A DNA stretch of 63,826 bases, filler included, from Reclinomonas americana ATCC 50394 (Eukaryota): NCBI GenBank assembly GCA_048213135.1. It is 8 parts of 4 records of this genome, joined end to end, with 100 filler letters (N's around TTAATTAATTAA, not from the genome) between each part and the next. Parts side by side here need not be neighbours in the genome. Positions count along the whole stretch, not along the records: positions 1 to 30,160 come from PS015106.1; 7 more parts are not named here. One strand, given 5' to 3'. Positions 1-11,690 of the stretch are shown here, one piece after another. The notes under the pieces were generated by a model. The model worked only from the letters and a program-made list of their open reading frames with translations, was not told the DNA's origin and did no database searches. Each line of letters opens with the position of its first letter. Position 1 is the first letter of the stretch. The translations under genes were made by a program, and so were the position numbers.

Positions 1-51
1 ACAATCAGTCTTCGACTGCGACATAGGGCAGCAAGGCATCGTGTTGCCCAC

Positions 52-596
52 CTGTTCACCCGGCGGCAGAATCAAGGAACTGACATTGCAAAAGAGGAGC
101 AAGGAGTGAGACGGGGGTTATAGAGAGGGGAGAGACGGGGCAAATGCCGGCGCAACATCATGCTCTGCGTGCAGGAGAAAGCAAGAGTGAGGTCGATGAC
201 GGCGGATTGGACAACAATAATAAGCACAACTCACCGTGCCTGACAACCGCCGCACACACACGCACCGAAGAACAGCACAGTGAGCATATACAGAGAGAGG
301 GAGGAGAAGCGACTGGTACTTGCACACACACCATTGCTGTGTTGCCATCAATGAGCATCATTATTATGTACACAACGAGAGAGTGGTCACATTTGTTGGA
401 ACTCACCCGCGTGCTTCGTCCAGCTTGCGAATCATCTTCTTCACACGGAATTGCTCTATTCACATATGTGGAACACAGTGAGCAGCAGGTGCGACGCATG
501 AAAAGGAGAGCGTCGGAAGTAGTTAGTGATGTGCATGTACACCGTCGCACTCAACACCAAGCACGTACAGCTTGAAACGCCGTTCGACAGACAGAC

Positions 597-629
<33 letters not shown>

Positions 630-754
630 CAACAGCACAGGCGAGCTCAAGTCTCTCTATTCTCTCTATCTGTGCGTGTGTGTGCACACCATGCCCCAAA
701 AAAGCACGCACCAATGTTGACATCGTACGCCGAGTTTGCCGAGGACGACGCCAT
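52..754 (-). CDS. ETF1: Eukaryotic peptide chain release factor 1, 5' part (continues beyond window start)
   Basis: Exons 754-712, 455-407, 336-332, 239-235, 164-157 and 79-52, all with GT..AG introns, splice to [46 protein letters not shown]. This matches the eRF1 N-terminal consensus ([31 protein letters not shown].DQ). Confidence 0.92.
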
Positions 755-901
755 GGTTAACGTAAGGAGAGTGGAGGAAGAGTGAGGCGGAGGGGGATAA
801 CAAGCGTGCGCCCACGCCGAAGTGATATGAGTGAGAGGGACAGTCGCTCGCGCATCGTCATCTGTCCCCGTTTCCACATCGCTGTCAACACAACATCACG
901 C

Positions 902-2038
902 ATGGGCTGTTCACAAACAAAGCAGGCTGGTGAGTAGAAGGAGAGGGAGAAGGAGAAGGAGAGGAGGAGAAGAAGAGTGGCAAGTGTGTGTGCGGATATT
1001 TTTTCCTCATTGTGTGTGTTGTGTGAGGGGTATCTGCATCAACGTGTCACGCGTGTCTGTCTCTCCTTTCTCCACTTCAAATGGTGTGGACAACGCGCAT
1101 GCTCGTGTGCGTGCATGTGTGTGCGCATGTGTGTGTGGTGGGGGGGTTGTCGCGAGTGTGAACATCACGCGCCATGCCGCATGCCCTCGCGACTCACACA
1201 CACACACAGACGCTCAGGCAAGTCGGCAGCGTATTCCGGCGGCGGGAGATGGCTCGTCGGGCGCAGGAGGCGCCTCAGCAGCGCGACCGGCGGGTGGCGC
1301 AGGAGCGGGATCGTCGGGCGCAGTGGCGGGCTCTGTGAGCCGCAGGATAGGCAGCGGCGGAGCGTGAGTACACAATGACAAGCGAGTACGTGCGTGCGTG
1401 CAGGCAGCATGCTCATTCCCTTGTTGGGTGAGGCAGTGAGGAGGATGACACTCGCATGGGCACGTCGTACACGGACGAGCGCATGGCACAGCAGTTCTAC
1501 AAGGAGATCATTGACCGAACGGCGCAGTTTCGTCTCTCGCAACAGCGTGTTGACGGACGGTGGAGTGCTCATTGAGTCTCTGCACAGCAACTTTATCGAT
1601 GTCGATCAGATGCCCACCACGTTTGACTCGGCCGATGCGTCGCGCACCCTGCAAGTGTACTGGTTGGTACAAGTAATTCCTTGCTGCGTCCGCTTTTCCT
1701 TGTGCCTGACTCGTTGAGCGCTGTGCACAGCGATCGCATTCGCAATCCCGAAGTCATGGAGCTGGTGGCGCACTCGTTTGCGCTGCCGCCGTCCAATGTG
1801 CGCGACGTGAACAGCCTCGTGTCGGCGGCCTCGGATGCCTCCATCTCGGCCGACGAAGTGGCACTGGTGAGTTTCCCTGTGTGGTTTCCCCACGCCGCCA
1901 ACACAAGCCTCACATTTTTTTTACGTTGCGCAGTTGAACCGCATCTCCGAGTCGCTGTCGCACGCACGACGAGACATGACGGTGCACGGCGCCGAGCGGG
2001 TGGTTGTCCTGCTGCCGGAGATTTCCGCGCGTGCGTAA
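902..2038 (+). CDS. LAMTOR1: Ragulator subunit LAMTOR1/p18 (Meh1)-like
   Basis: Starts MGCSQ (myristoylation/palmitoylation-type N-terminus). Spliced exons give TDERMAQQFYKEIIDRTAHNFIDV (cf. [21 protein letters not shown]) and C-terminal LNRISESLSHARRDMTVHGAERVVVLL. TAA at 2036-2038. Confidence 0.7.
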
Positions 2039-2184
2039 GAGTTTTTTTCGCAGAGAGAAGAGAGAAAAGTGGCGATTTGAGAATAGGCCCCGTGTGCGTC
2101 GGGCGAGAGGTGAATGCAGGAAGAGTTGTTGTTTGACGTCGTGCGTCCCACTGTCGATTTTCCATTTTTTGACACAACAACGAG

Positions 2185-3064
2185 ATGAGGGAGAAGGATC
2201 GCGCCTTTCGTCGACAGCGCAATGAGCAAGGCGTGTCACTGACGGCACTCGCTCGCCGTGGTGTCGGCAGAAACGTAACCCGCTCAAAACGTTTCGTTGA
2301 GTACACGCACATCCTCATGTGGTCACCACCTCACACGTCATCACCCGTCGCACACAGAGTTGAAGGAGGCCAAGGATCGGAGATGGCAGACAGTCATGTC
2401 GTACCGCAAGATGGTGAAGAAGCTGGAGGCGGAGACGACGGGGCCTGATCGAGGAGTTGCGCGCCATGTGCACATTCACATGCACAGACACACACACGCA
2501 GCAACAGCAGAGACACACACGTGATGCTTCAACTATTATCTACATTGTTTGAGATCTCATGAGAACACAAATCTGTTGCCTGATGTTGATCGCTGTTGTT
2601 GTCACTGTCACTGGTGTGTGCGCGATGTTTGAGTGATGAGATGACTCATTGGAATCGCGTTGCTGCAGGTGGCCGTCTACGATCACCTTCGCGACGAAGA
2701 GCAGCGCGAGGATGTGCACGCACGTGTGCAGCAACCAGAGCAGCCAGAGCGTCAGCAGCAGCAGCAGCAGCAGCCATCACGCTCACGTCACTCTGAGAAG
2801 AAGACGACGACGACCGCGCGTCCGAATCCATTTGCGCGCGCACTGGCGACCGCAGCGCAAGCCAAGGCGGAGCGCGATGCCGACTGGGCCAAGCAGCGTG
2901 CGGAAGCTGCGGAGGCGGCTGGAAAGCGTCACGAGTCGGAGGTCAGGCGTCGCGAACGCAGATTACAGTCGCTGAAGAAGACGCGCAAGGGGCAGCCGAT
3001 CATGAAGCACGTGATCAATGACTTGCTGGCGCGGTTGCAGGCCGATGAGGGTGATGGGAAGTGA
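2185..3064 (+). CDS. Fyv7/TAP26 (CCDC59)-family rRNA-processing protein
   Basis: Three exons (2185-2290, ~2358-2455, ~2669-3064). Basic coiled coil ending in the family-type motif KKTRKGQPIMKHVINDLLARLQ. Confidence 0.75.
2521..2583 (+). ncRNA. Intronic box C/D snoRNA, U34/SNORD34 (snR62)-like
   Basis: Box C-like GTGATGC at 2521. Guide TTATCTACATTGT is complementary to conserved LSU rRNA ACAAUGUAGAUAA. D' TTGA at 2549, C'-like ATGAGAA at 2559, box D CTGA at 2580. Lies in an unusually long intron of a ribosome-biogenesis gene. Confidence 0.75.
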
Positions 3065-3171
3065 AGGCTATGTATATTATGTGCGACTCGCATGTTCACC
3101 AATGCGTTCAGGCACGAAGGCGCAAAGAAGCGAAAATTGCATTTGTTCGTCGCGTTTGAGTGTGCACGCAG

Positions 3172-5509
3172 ATGTGAGTGTTGTCTTCTTTGTGCATGCA
3201 TGTGTGCGCTTCTGTCTCACATGCGACACAGGTGCGACAGCAATGGGCAGAACCCACTGGTGCCTCTTTCCGAGGAGCATCAGACTCTCAAGACTGTGAC
3301 GTTTGCATTGTTTTGGGTGTGGGGTACGTGTGTCTCTCGCCACCCACCCTCTCTCACCCTTCCCTCACACTCACACTCTCACTGTCTGTGCGTGTCAGCG
3401 GCGGCATGGATCACTGTCGTCGCGCTCTTCATTCATCGACGAAAGCAGTTGGAGATCAGGAAGCGTCACTCTGGCTTGACAGTGTTGGGCGAGATCGGTG
3501 GATTCATCATATTACTCTTTGGTGCCACGACACAAAAGGTTTTCTTGTTTTCTTGATTGATCATGCTGTATGTATTTCGCGTCTTCTCGCAATCAAATCA
3601 TCGAGTCGCGACTTGCACAGTGGCCCGACCTGCCGTGCCCGGTGATTCTGTATGTGGCACTGGTGGCGTTCCCGTTGTACTCGATTCCGTCGCTGCTGAG
3701 GTGGCGTCGCTCGTGTGCCTTCCCTTTGTCGTGCTGAATCATGTCGTCATTTGCTGTGCGCACGCAGATGCATCCGCCTGCTGGTGGTCTTCACTACGCA
3801 GTCGTCGCTGTCGGCCACGTACGCCATTGAGTCGTCGGCCTCCACAGTGTCGCTGCTGATGGCCATGGATGAGAACGACGATGGGATGCCGAGCAGTGCA
3901 AGTTTCTCGGCGCTGGCTGGTCTCGATGCGCACGCTGGTGGCGACAAGGAGACCACTCCGTTTGCGATGGGAGGAAGTGTGAACGACAGCGGTAGTGGCA
4001 GCGGCGGCGGTGGTGGCGGGTACGGCTCTGTGAACAGCAGCAGTCAGCAGCTCGACGAATCGGGCGCGCTGTTGGATCCCATGGAGCCGCAGTCGCTGGG
4101 TCGTCTCAATCGCTCCATCAGCCGCACGAAGATGCTGTCGGCGGCCTCACGGCGCTACACCACCGAGTTCCTGGTGGCTGTGCTGGCGGTCACGGAGTTG
4201 ATTTTACTGATTGTTGGTGCGTCTGCAAACACACACACGTGTCAGAAAGAACGAAAGAAAAGACAGACAGACACGTGTGTTTGCGCGGACCCTCATATGA
4301 GTGTCCCGATGCGCAGCTGTCGTGGTGGAGATGGTATGGGTGCCGTGGTCGCTGGACGTGCTCAGCAACACCGATGAGTGCCTGTGCTTGCGGATAGGTG
4401 TGTGTGTGTACTGAAGTGTTTCGTGCATCTTCCATCCGCCGTCGCTCACTGATTGCGTGTTTTCTTGTGCTTGCAGAGGAGGTGGGCAGCAATCCTTTCA
4501 TTCCACGATCATGTTGTTGTGTACTTACATGGATGTGTGCGTGCAGTGGACACTGAAAGCTGTCGGTCTGATCACCTTTGTCATCTTGTTGGCGTACTTT
4601 TGGTTTGCGTATGCCCTCCGACGAGTGCAAGACGAATTCAACATTCGCCGCGAGCTCATGGCCCTGCTGGCACTCGACACGCTACTCCTCATTCCCTTCT
4701 TCATCCTCCAATGGTGGCCCGATCACCGCTTCTCCTGGCCTGCCACGCCGGTGCCTGGGTGGCTGGTCGGCGTGCACATTGTCGGTCACTCGCTCGTCTC
4801 GCTGGTGTGGCCAGTGTGGCGTTCCTTCCGCATCGATGGTCGTGAGGTCGAGCACAATGTCTCGCGCACACTTCTCAGCGGTTCCTTCGAGGCCGTCTTG
4901 CTCAGTCCCGATGGCCGACAGGTGCGTGTGTTGTACCTCGCAGTATCCCGTGCGCTTCTGACTGACGAGTATTTGTTGCGATTGGTGCAGGCGTTTGCCA
5001 AGTACTTGACCAGCGAGTTCAATCTGGAGAGCCTCATGTTTTGCACGTTGCGTACTGGTGCAACAGCGCTTTTTCGCAGCAGTTGACTAACGGGGGCGCA
5101 GCGAGGTGGAGAACTTGAAGAACTTCAAGACGCGCCGCACGTTGAAGCGCGCCTGCGCCAGAATACGGCAGCGCTACATTGACTCGGGGTCGATGATGGA
5201 GCTGAATGTGACTGCCGATGAGCGAGCGGCAACCCTGGCCACGCTGGAGCGTGACGCCGGCGATCGCAATGCGTTCGAGCCGTGTTATCGCTCAGTTTTG
5301 AACTCGCTGCGGACCGACAGCTTCCAACGGTATGCATACGCAGGGCATGAGAGATATCCTCCGTGGCCGTCTCACCTTACACTCGTCTGTGCAGCTTCTC
5401 GGCCACCAGCGAGTATCGGCGATTCTGCGAGCGCGGCCGCGACTTGCACAGTCGCCTCTCGATCGCCGGATTCGTGTCGGTCGACGTCGGCGATTCGGGC
5501 AACTTGTGA
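3172..5509 (+). CDS. Multi-pass (7TM-like) membrane protein fused to a C-terminal RGS domain
   Basis: Several hydrophobic exons (TFALFWVW/AAAWITVVALF, PCPVILYV, LRRVQDEFNIRRELMALL) followed by RGS motifs FEAVLLSPDGRQAFAKYLTSEFNLESLMF, YIDSGSMMELNV and DSFQRFSATSEY. TGA at 5507-5509. Confidence 0.85.
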
Positions 5510-5643
5510 GGGAGGAAAAGAGAATAGGAGGGAGGAAAGGACTTGTTAAGCGAAAAAGCACCAATAATATAACGAAGAGCATTGAGGACTGGAAATTCGT
5601 GAAGTTGTCCTCTTGTCATGTATCATTGCTTTTTCCGATAAAC

Positions 5644-8600
5644 ATGTCGAGCGAAGGCGCCTCCGCCTCAGCTGCGCCTGCTGGCGATGCTGCTGCTGCT
5701 TCACAACCCCAAGAAGCGCCTGTGCGCAACACAGCGCGTTTGGACCTGCTGCGTAGCATCGAGCGAGAGATGCAACAGCACTGGCGCGAGGAGCATGTGT
5801 ACGAAGTGGATGCGCCTGCCGAGGGAGTTGCGTGCTTGTGGCCTGTCATACACAGAGATTATCCGGTGAAGAGCAACAAGTGTGGGGGGAGCGACTTGTG
5901 TGAGTTGTCAGTCGGGCATCACCACCCACCTGTACCTCAAACACGTACTTCTATTTTGAGTCTGCGTTCGTCGTGTCTGCTGCTCTGCACTCGAACAACA
6001 CTCTCTCCTGCTCACACCACGGCGCAGAGAAGAGAGAAAGGAGTGGGCGAGGGCGTCATTTCCTCGCACATGCGCAACCTCACTCACTCACTCGCTCACG
6101 TGCGTCTGTGCAGGAGGCTGCGCAAGATAAGTTCTTTGTGACCTTCCCGTTCCCGTACGTCAACGGCCGTCTGCATCGTTGCGTCTCGTTGCTGTTGTTG
6201 TCGGAAGAAGTGTGCGAGAGTGAGAGTGCCGGATTTGACGAGTAGTCGTGTGCGCAGTTGGCCACGCCTTCTCCGCCATGAAGAGCGAGGTGGCGGTGCG
6301 TTTCCAGCGTCTCATGGGCAAGCGCGCTCTGTGGCCGTTCGGCTTCCACTGCACCGGCATGCCGATTGCTGTTGCGTAGTGTTCGACTGTGTTGTCGTCT
6401 GTGTGTGTTGTTTCGTTGACCTCATCTCGTCGTCGTTGCGCAGGCGTCGGCCGTGCGTGTCAAGCAAGAGCTGGAGGCCGAGGCGGCGGCCAAGGCGGCG
6501 GCTGCCGCGGCCGCTGCTGCACCGCCCGCTGCTGCGGCTGCTGCTGCACCTGCCGATGGTGCGAAGAAGAAGGGTGGCGATGCGGGNNNNNNNNNNNNNN
6601 NNNNNNNNNNNNNNNNNNNNNNNNNNNNNNNNNNNNNNNNNNNNNNNNNNNNNNNNNNNNNNNNNNNNNNNNNNNNNNNNNNNNNNNNNNNNNNNNNNNN
6701 NNNNNNNNNNNNNNNNNNNNNNNNNNNNNNNNNNNNNNNNNNNNNNNNNNNNNNNNNNNNNNNNNNNNNNNNNNNNNNNNNNNNNNNNNNNNNNNNNNNN
6801 NNNNNNNNNNNNNNNNNNNNNNNNNCGGCAAGAAGGGTGGCAAGAAGGGTGACAAGGCCGAGGCCCCCGCTGCTGCTGCCTCTGCGGCTTCTGGCTCGTC
6901 GTCTACCGACCCGGAGGCTGCGCTGGGCAACTTCCGTGGCAAGAAGACCAAGCTGGTGTCCAAGGGTGGCAACATGCGTCAGATCGACATTCTGCGTGAA
7001 ATGGGTGTGCCGGCAGAGGAGATCCCCAAGTTTGCCGATCCCTACCACTGGCTGCACTACTTCCCTCCGTTTGCCATGGTGCGCCGTGCTCGTGCATCGT
7101 CACTGTACTGTTGTTGCTGTTGTTCATTGTGGTGGTCTTTCGCAGGAGGACTTGCAAGACTTTGGCCTGCATGTCGACTGGCGCCGCTCGTTCATCACCA
7201 CCGACGTGAATCCCTACTACGACTCGTTCATTCGCTGGCAGTTCCAGCACCTGCGCCGTCTCGACAAGATTCGCTTCGGCAAGCGCTACACGATCTACTC
7301 GCCGGCTGACGGTCAGCCGTGCCAGGATCACGATCGCCAGGCGGGATGCGAAGGTGTGCTGCCGCAGCAGTACACGCTCATCAAGATGCGTGTGCTGGAG
7401 CCGTATCCAGATGCGCTGTCGTCGCTGGCCGACTCTGGCCGCCCAGTGTTCTTGGCGGCTGCCACTCTGCGCCCGGAGACCATGTACGGTCAGACCAACT
7501 GCTGGGTGTTGCCGGAGGGCGAGTACGGCGCGTATGCCATGCGCTCGGGTGACATTTTCGTGATGACGGAGCGTGCTGCACGCAGTTTCGTGGCCCTTGT
7601 CACAATGTGCTCTCGCGCGTGTGTGTGTGTGATCAGTCTCTCACGACCGATGCAGATGCCTCGTTCCAGGAGATGTTGGAGGGCGTTGTCGGCGAGTTCA
7701 AGCCGCTGGCCTCGTTCACCGGTCAGGATCTGATTGGCGCGTGGTTGAAGGCGCCGCTGACGCCGCTGGAGCGTGTGCCGGTGTTGCCCATGCTCTCAGT
7801 GTCGACCGAGAAGGTGTGTACGCGTGTGTGTGTCTCTTCTTTTACCTGACCGGGCGTTATCGCTGACGCATCAACAGGGCACTGGTGTCGTCACCTGCGT
7901 ACCGAGTGACTCACCCGACGACTACGCCAACCTGATGGACCTGAAGACCGACGCTGCTCTGCGCGAAAAGTACCATGTCGAGGAGAGCTGGGTGGCCGAT
8001 CTGGAGCCGATCCCGATCATCACCATCCCGGGCTTTGGCCGCCTGCCCGCTGCCGAGGCCTGCTGGCGCCACAAGGTGATTTCGGGCAAGTCCAAGGAGG
8101 GTCTGGCCGCGGCCAAGGCCGAGGTCTACAACGCCGGTTTCTACAAGGGCGTGATGTCGGTGGGCGAGCATGCCGGAACGTGAGTACGACTGATCTTGCC
8201 GTGTGGCGTGTCTGAGGCTGACGTAGTGTGTGTGTGTGGGGTGATGCAGGACCGTCATGGCTGCCAAGGAGCGCATCAAGAGCGACTTGGTGGCCTCTGG
8301 CGACGCTGCGCTCTACTCGGAACCCGAGCGTGAGGTCACGTCTCGCTCCGGCGACGACTGTGTGGTGGCGCTGTGCGATCAGTGGTACCTGACCTACGGC
8401 GAGGAGGATTGGAAGCAGGCAGCTGCCGCGTTGCGTCGCACACAGTGTTTGCAGGGTAGTGCTTGTCGCCTGTGTTGGTTTCTGACTTTTGGTCCGTGTA
8501 GTGTGGTCTCGAAGCTGGAGACGTACCAGGCGATGACCAAGGAGCAGCTGGAGATTACGGTGAACTGGCTGAAGGAGTGGGCGTGCTCGCGCACGTTTGG

Positions 8601-10621
8601 TCTCGGCACGGCCCTGCCGTGGGACGAGTCGTACTTGATCGACTCGCTGTCGGACTCGACCATTTACATGGCGTTCTACACGGTGTGCCACTTGCTCCAG
8701 GGCAACTCGTTGGACGGATCGGAGGTCGGCCCAGCTGGCGTGCGGCCAGAGCAGCTGTCACCCGAGGTGAGTGGGGAGGAGAGTTTGAGGAAAGTGCACC
8801 ATCACGATGCAGTCGGTGCTCACCTTGGCATGTCCAACAGGTGTGGGACTACGTCTTCCTGGAGGGCCCGTACCCACCACAATCTGGCATTCCGGAGGAG
8901 TCGCTGGCCAAGCTGCGTCGCGAGTTCAAGTACTGGTACCCGGTCGACTTGCGCGTCAGCGGACGTGACCTGATCAACAATCACTTGATTATGTTCATCT
9001 ACAATCACGTCGCCATCTTCCCGGAGGTGCGATCACCATGTCAACCGCCGTCTATTTTATGTCCTCATGCTTACATTGTTTCTTTGGTGTCGTGCAGTGG
9101 GCGCACCCGCGTGGTATTTTCTGCAACGGCTTCATCCTGGTCGACGGCAAGAAGATGTCGAAGAGCGAGGGCAATTTCATCACCGTCCAGAGTTTCGTGC
9201 GCCATGCGATTTTTTTCATTGTCTCGTCTGTCGCTGACTCTTTTCTTCTTGCAGACGCCGTGCGACAGTACGGTGCCGATGCTGCTCGCTTTGCGCTGGC
9301 GGATTCGGGCGATGGCCTCGATTTCGCCAACTTCCTGCCCGACTACGCCGATCGTATCATTCTGACGCTCACCACCGAGCTGGCGTTTTTGGAGAACACC
9401 ATGAAGGACCTGAGCCAGTGCCGCACGGATGACCACTTGTCGTTCTTTGACCGTGTGTTCCGCGCCGAGATTGCTCACGCCGCCGCGGCCACTCGCGGTT
9501 ACTTCTCCAAGTTGCGTGTGTTGTGGGAGCGCGTGTTTCGACTCGTCGACGCGTCGCTAATGGTGACACAGGATGGTTTTCCACGACGCCCTGCGCACCG
9601 GCTTCTACGACCTGACGAGTGCCATGAAGCGATATCTGCTCGTGTACAGTTGCGCCACCGATGCTCTCACAAAGTCAACGCCTACACAACACGACTTCTG
9701 TTGCTTATCAAGCGTGTGGTGTGCACACAGACCGCGACCTCAGCCGCATGCACCGCGACACCATTTTGCAGTACATGGAGGTGCACGCCATCCTCATTGC
9801 ACCGGTGTGCCCTCACTACGCCGACTATGTGTGGCGCAAGATTCTGGGCAAGGTATGTTGTCTCCCTGCCATGTGTGTCGCTCGAGAGAGTGTCTGACTC
9901 GTGAGCAGAGCGGCAGCGTTGTCAACGCACGGTGGCCGGAGCTGCCAGAGACCCCGGTGTTGATGGTGCAGGCAACGTTCCTCGACAAGGTGCTGCACGA
10001 CTGCCGTGTGAATATCAAGGACGTGCTCACTCGTGGCGGTGGCAAGAAGGCCAAGGTGCGTCAGTGCGCGCGCGCTCACACACACTCTCTGCTCTGGCTT
10101 TGCCTCATATTCTCACTGTGTGGTGCACAGGTGGCGGCTGACGTGCCAGCTCCCGACTGTGGTTACATTTTTGTGGCCGACACGTTCTCCGAGTGGCAGC
10201 AAATCACTCTGGAGGTGTTGAAGCGCGAGTATCATGCCAATGGCAACAGCATTCCGCGCACCATTCGCTCGACGCTGGTCAATGTGCCGGCGTTGAGACC
10301 GCTGATGCAAAAGGTCATGTTCTTTGTGGATCTGGTGGCGGTGAGTACTACGTGTGAAAGAGGTAGAGAGGGAACACAGGTGTTGGTTGCTCATGTGTGT
10401 ATGTACAGGCCGCCATTCCGGAGCGCGGCGAGGAAGCTTTCGAGAACCGCGCTGTCTTCTCCGAGCGTGAGGTGCTGGAGGACAACCGTGCATTCATCTG
10501 CCAGAGCCTGGGCATTGCGGACTTTACGGTGTTCTCCGCCGACGATGCCTCGGCGCCGGAGCCGGACAAGCGCGCCAACGCCATGCCCGGCAAGCCGACC
10601 TCGCACTTTTTTCGTCGCTGA
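5644..10621 (+). CDS. LARS1: Cytoplasmic leucyl-tRNA synthetase (assembly gap 6587-6825)
   Basis: [14 protein letters not shown] (HIGH), [20 protein letters not shown]1 motifs [16 protein letters not shown] and [36 protein letters not shown]-terminal AMPGKP. About 16 visible introns. Confidence 0.97.
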
Positions 10622-10881
10622 GCGGTCGCTGACGGCACCGCAGCATCCTAGCGAGGCCGTCGTGCAAGTGATGGAACCTGTGACAGAGCGTGGTGTAGAG
10701 GTGGTGGCCGCTGTGGAGGTGGCATCGGGAGTGGCGGCTGTGCCGTGGTGGGCCATTTTGTTTGCTGTGGTGATGGGAGGCACGGCGGTGGTTTCGCGTG
10801 TGTTGGATGAATGAATTGCATGCAGTGTAGTGATGTGGAGACTCTATACTATGACGACGACGATGCAGTGCTGCTGCGCGG

Positions 10882-11543
10882 TCAACAAACGAGGGAGCCT
10901 GCAGAGGAGCAACAATGAGTGGCGATGACAAGCGAATGCAGCGGCGGCCGCACGCACCTGCTGCAATGCCACCGAGTGCGGTTATCAGTGCGAGTTTCTT
11001 GCTCACCGGATCCTCGGCAAACAGCATCATCCCGTGCGACGTGTCACCGGCCATCTTGCGCGGCTGCAGATTGGCGACGACCACACCCTGTGCGTGATCA
11101 CAGACATCGGCATTAGCGATTGTCATCCACACACACACAAGAGAGAGAAACCCCGATGCACCTGCTTTCCGACGAGATCCTGCGGTGCAAAGTGCTGTTG
11201 CACACCGGCGAGAATCGTGCGAGGAGTCGCCTCGCCCACATCCACTTGCATGCGCAGGAGTTTTTTGGATTTCGGCATGATCTCGCACGACACAATGGTG
11301 CCCACCAGCAGCTGCAGCTTGGCCACGTCGGCGAACTCGACGGGAGAGAACACGGGTGCAGAGGGAGAGGGAGGGGGAGAGGGTGAAGGAGAGGGCTCTC
11401 TGTGTTGTCTTTCATCAGCCACTGTGCAGGATGGTGCGGAGGCAAGTCCAACGCAACGAAGTGAACGCTCGAACGAGGTGGCGCAGAGGGAGGAGCTGCG
11501 ATGGTTGACGAGAGAGGCACTGCAGGCGCGTCAGAAAGAACAT
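10882..11543 (-). CDS. Stand-alone tRNA-binding OB-fold protein (Trbp111/CsaA/MetRS-C-like), possibly organelle-targeted
   Basis: FADVAKLQLLVGTIVSCEIMPKSKKLLRMQVDVGEATPRTILAG...VVANLQPRKMAGDTSHGMMLFA. N-terminus MFFLTRLQCLSRQPSQLLPLRHLVRAF is Arg/Leu/Ser-rich with no acidic residues. Confidence 0.85.
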
Positions 11544-11690
11544 TTTGATCGATTGTATTGTGTAAGGTGTCTGTTGGTCCACCGACCGCATCGTGCAAAC
11601 AGATATGGCTTTTGTTTATTTCACACGCAGACAACTCACACACTCCACCACCGAGCGCAGTATACTCGGACCAACCACCAGCTGCGACAA

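Noticed and set aside
6178-6183. Non-GT (TT) donors as an alternative reading of the GTTGCG sites
   Set aside because: Shifting the cut by one base destroys conserved residues (HLGH would become HRGH) and the AG acceptor.
2036-10621. Reassigned stop codons suggested by the odd eRF1 structure
   Set aside because: TAA, TGA and TAG all end genes here (e.g. 2036, 5507, 18353) and no in-frame stops were needed in conserved exons.
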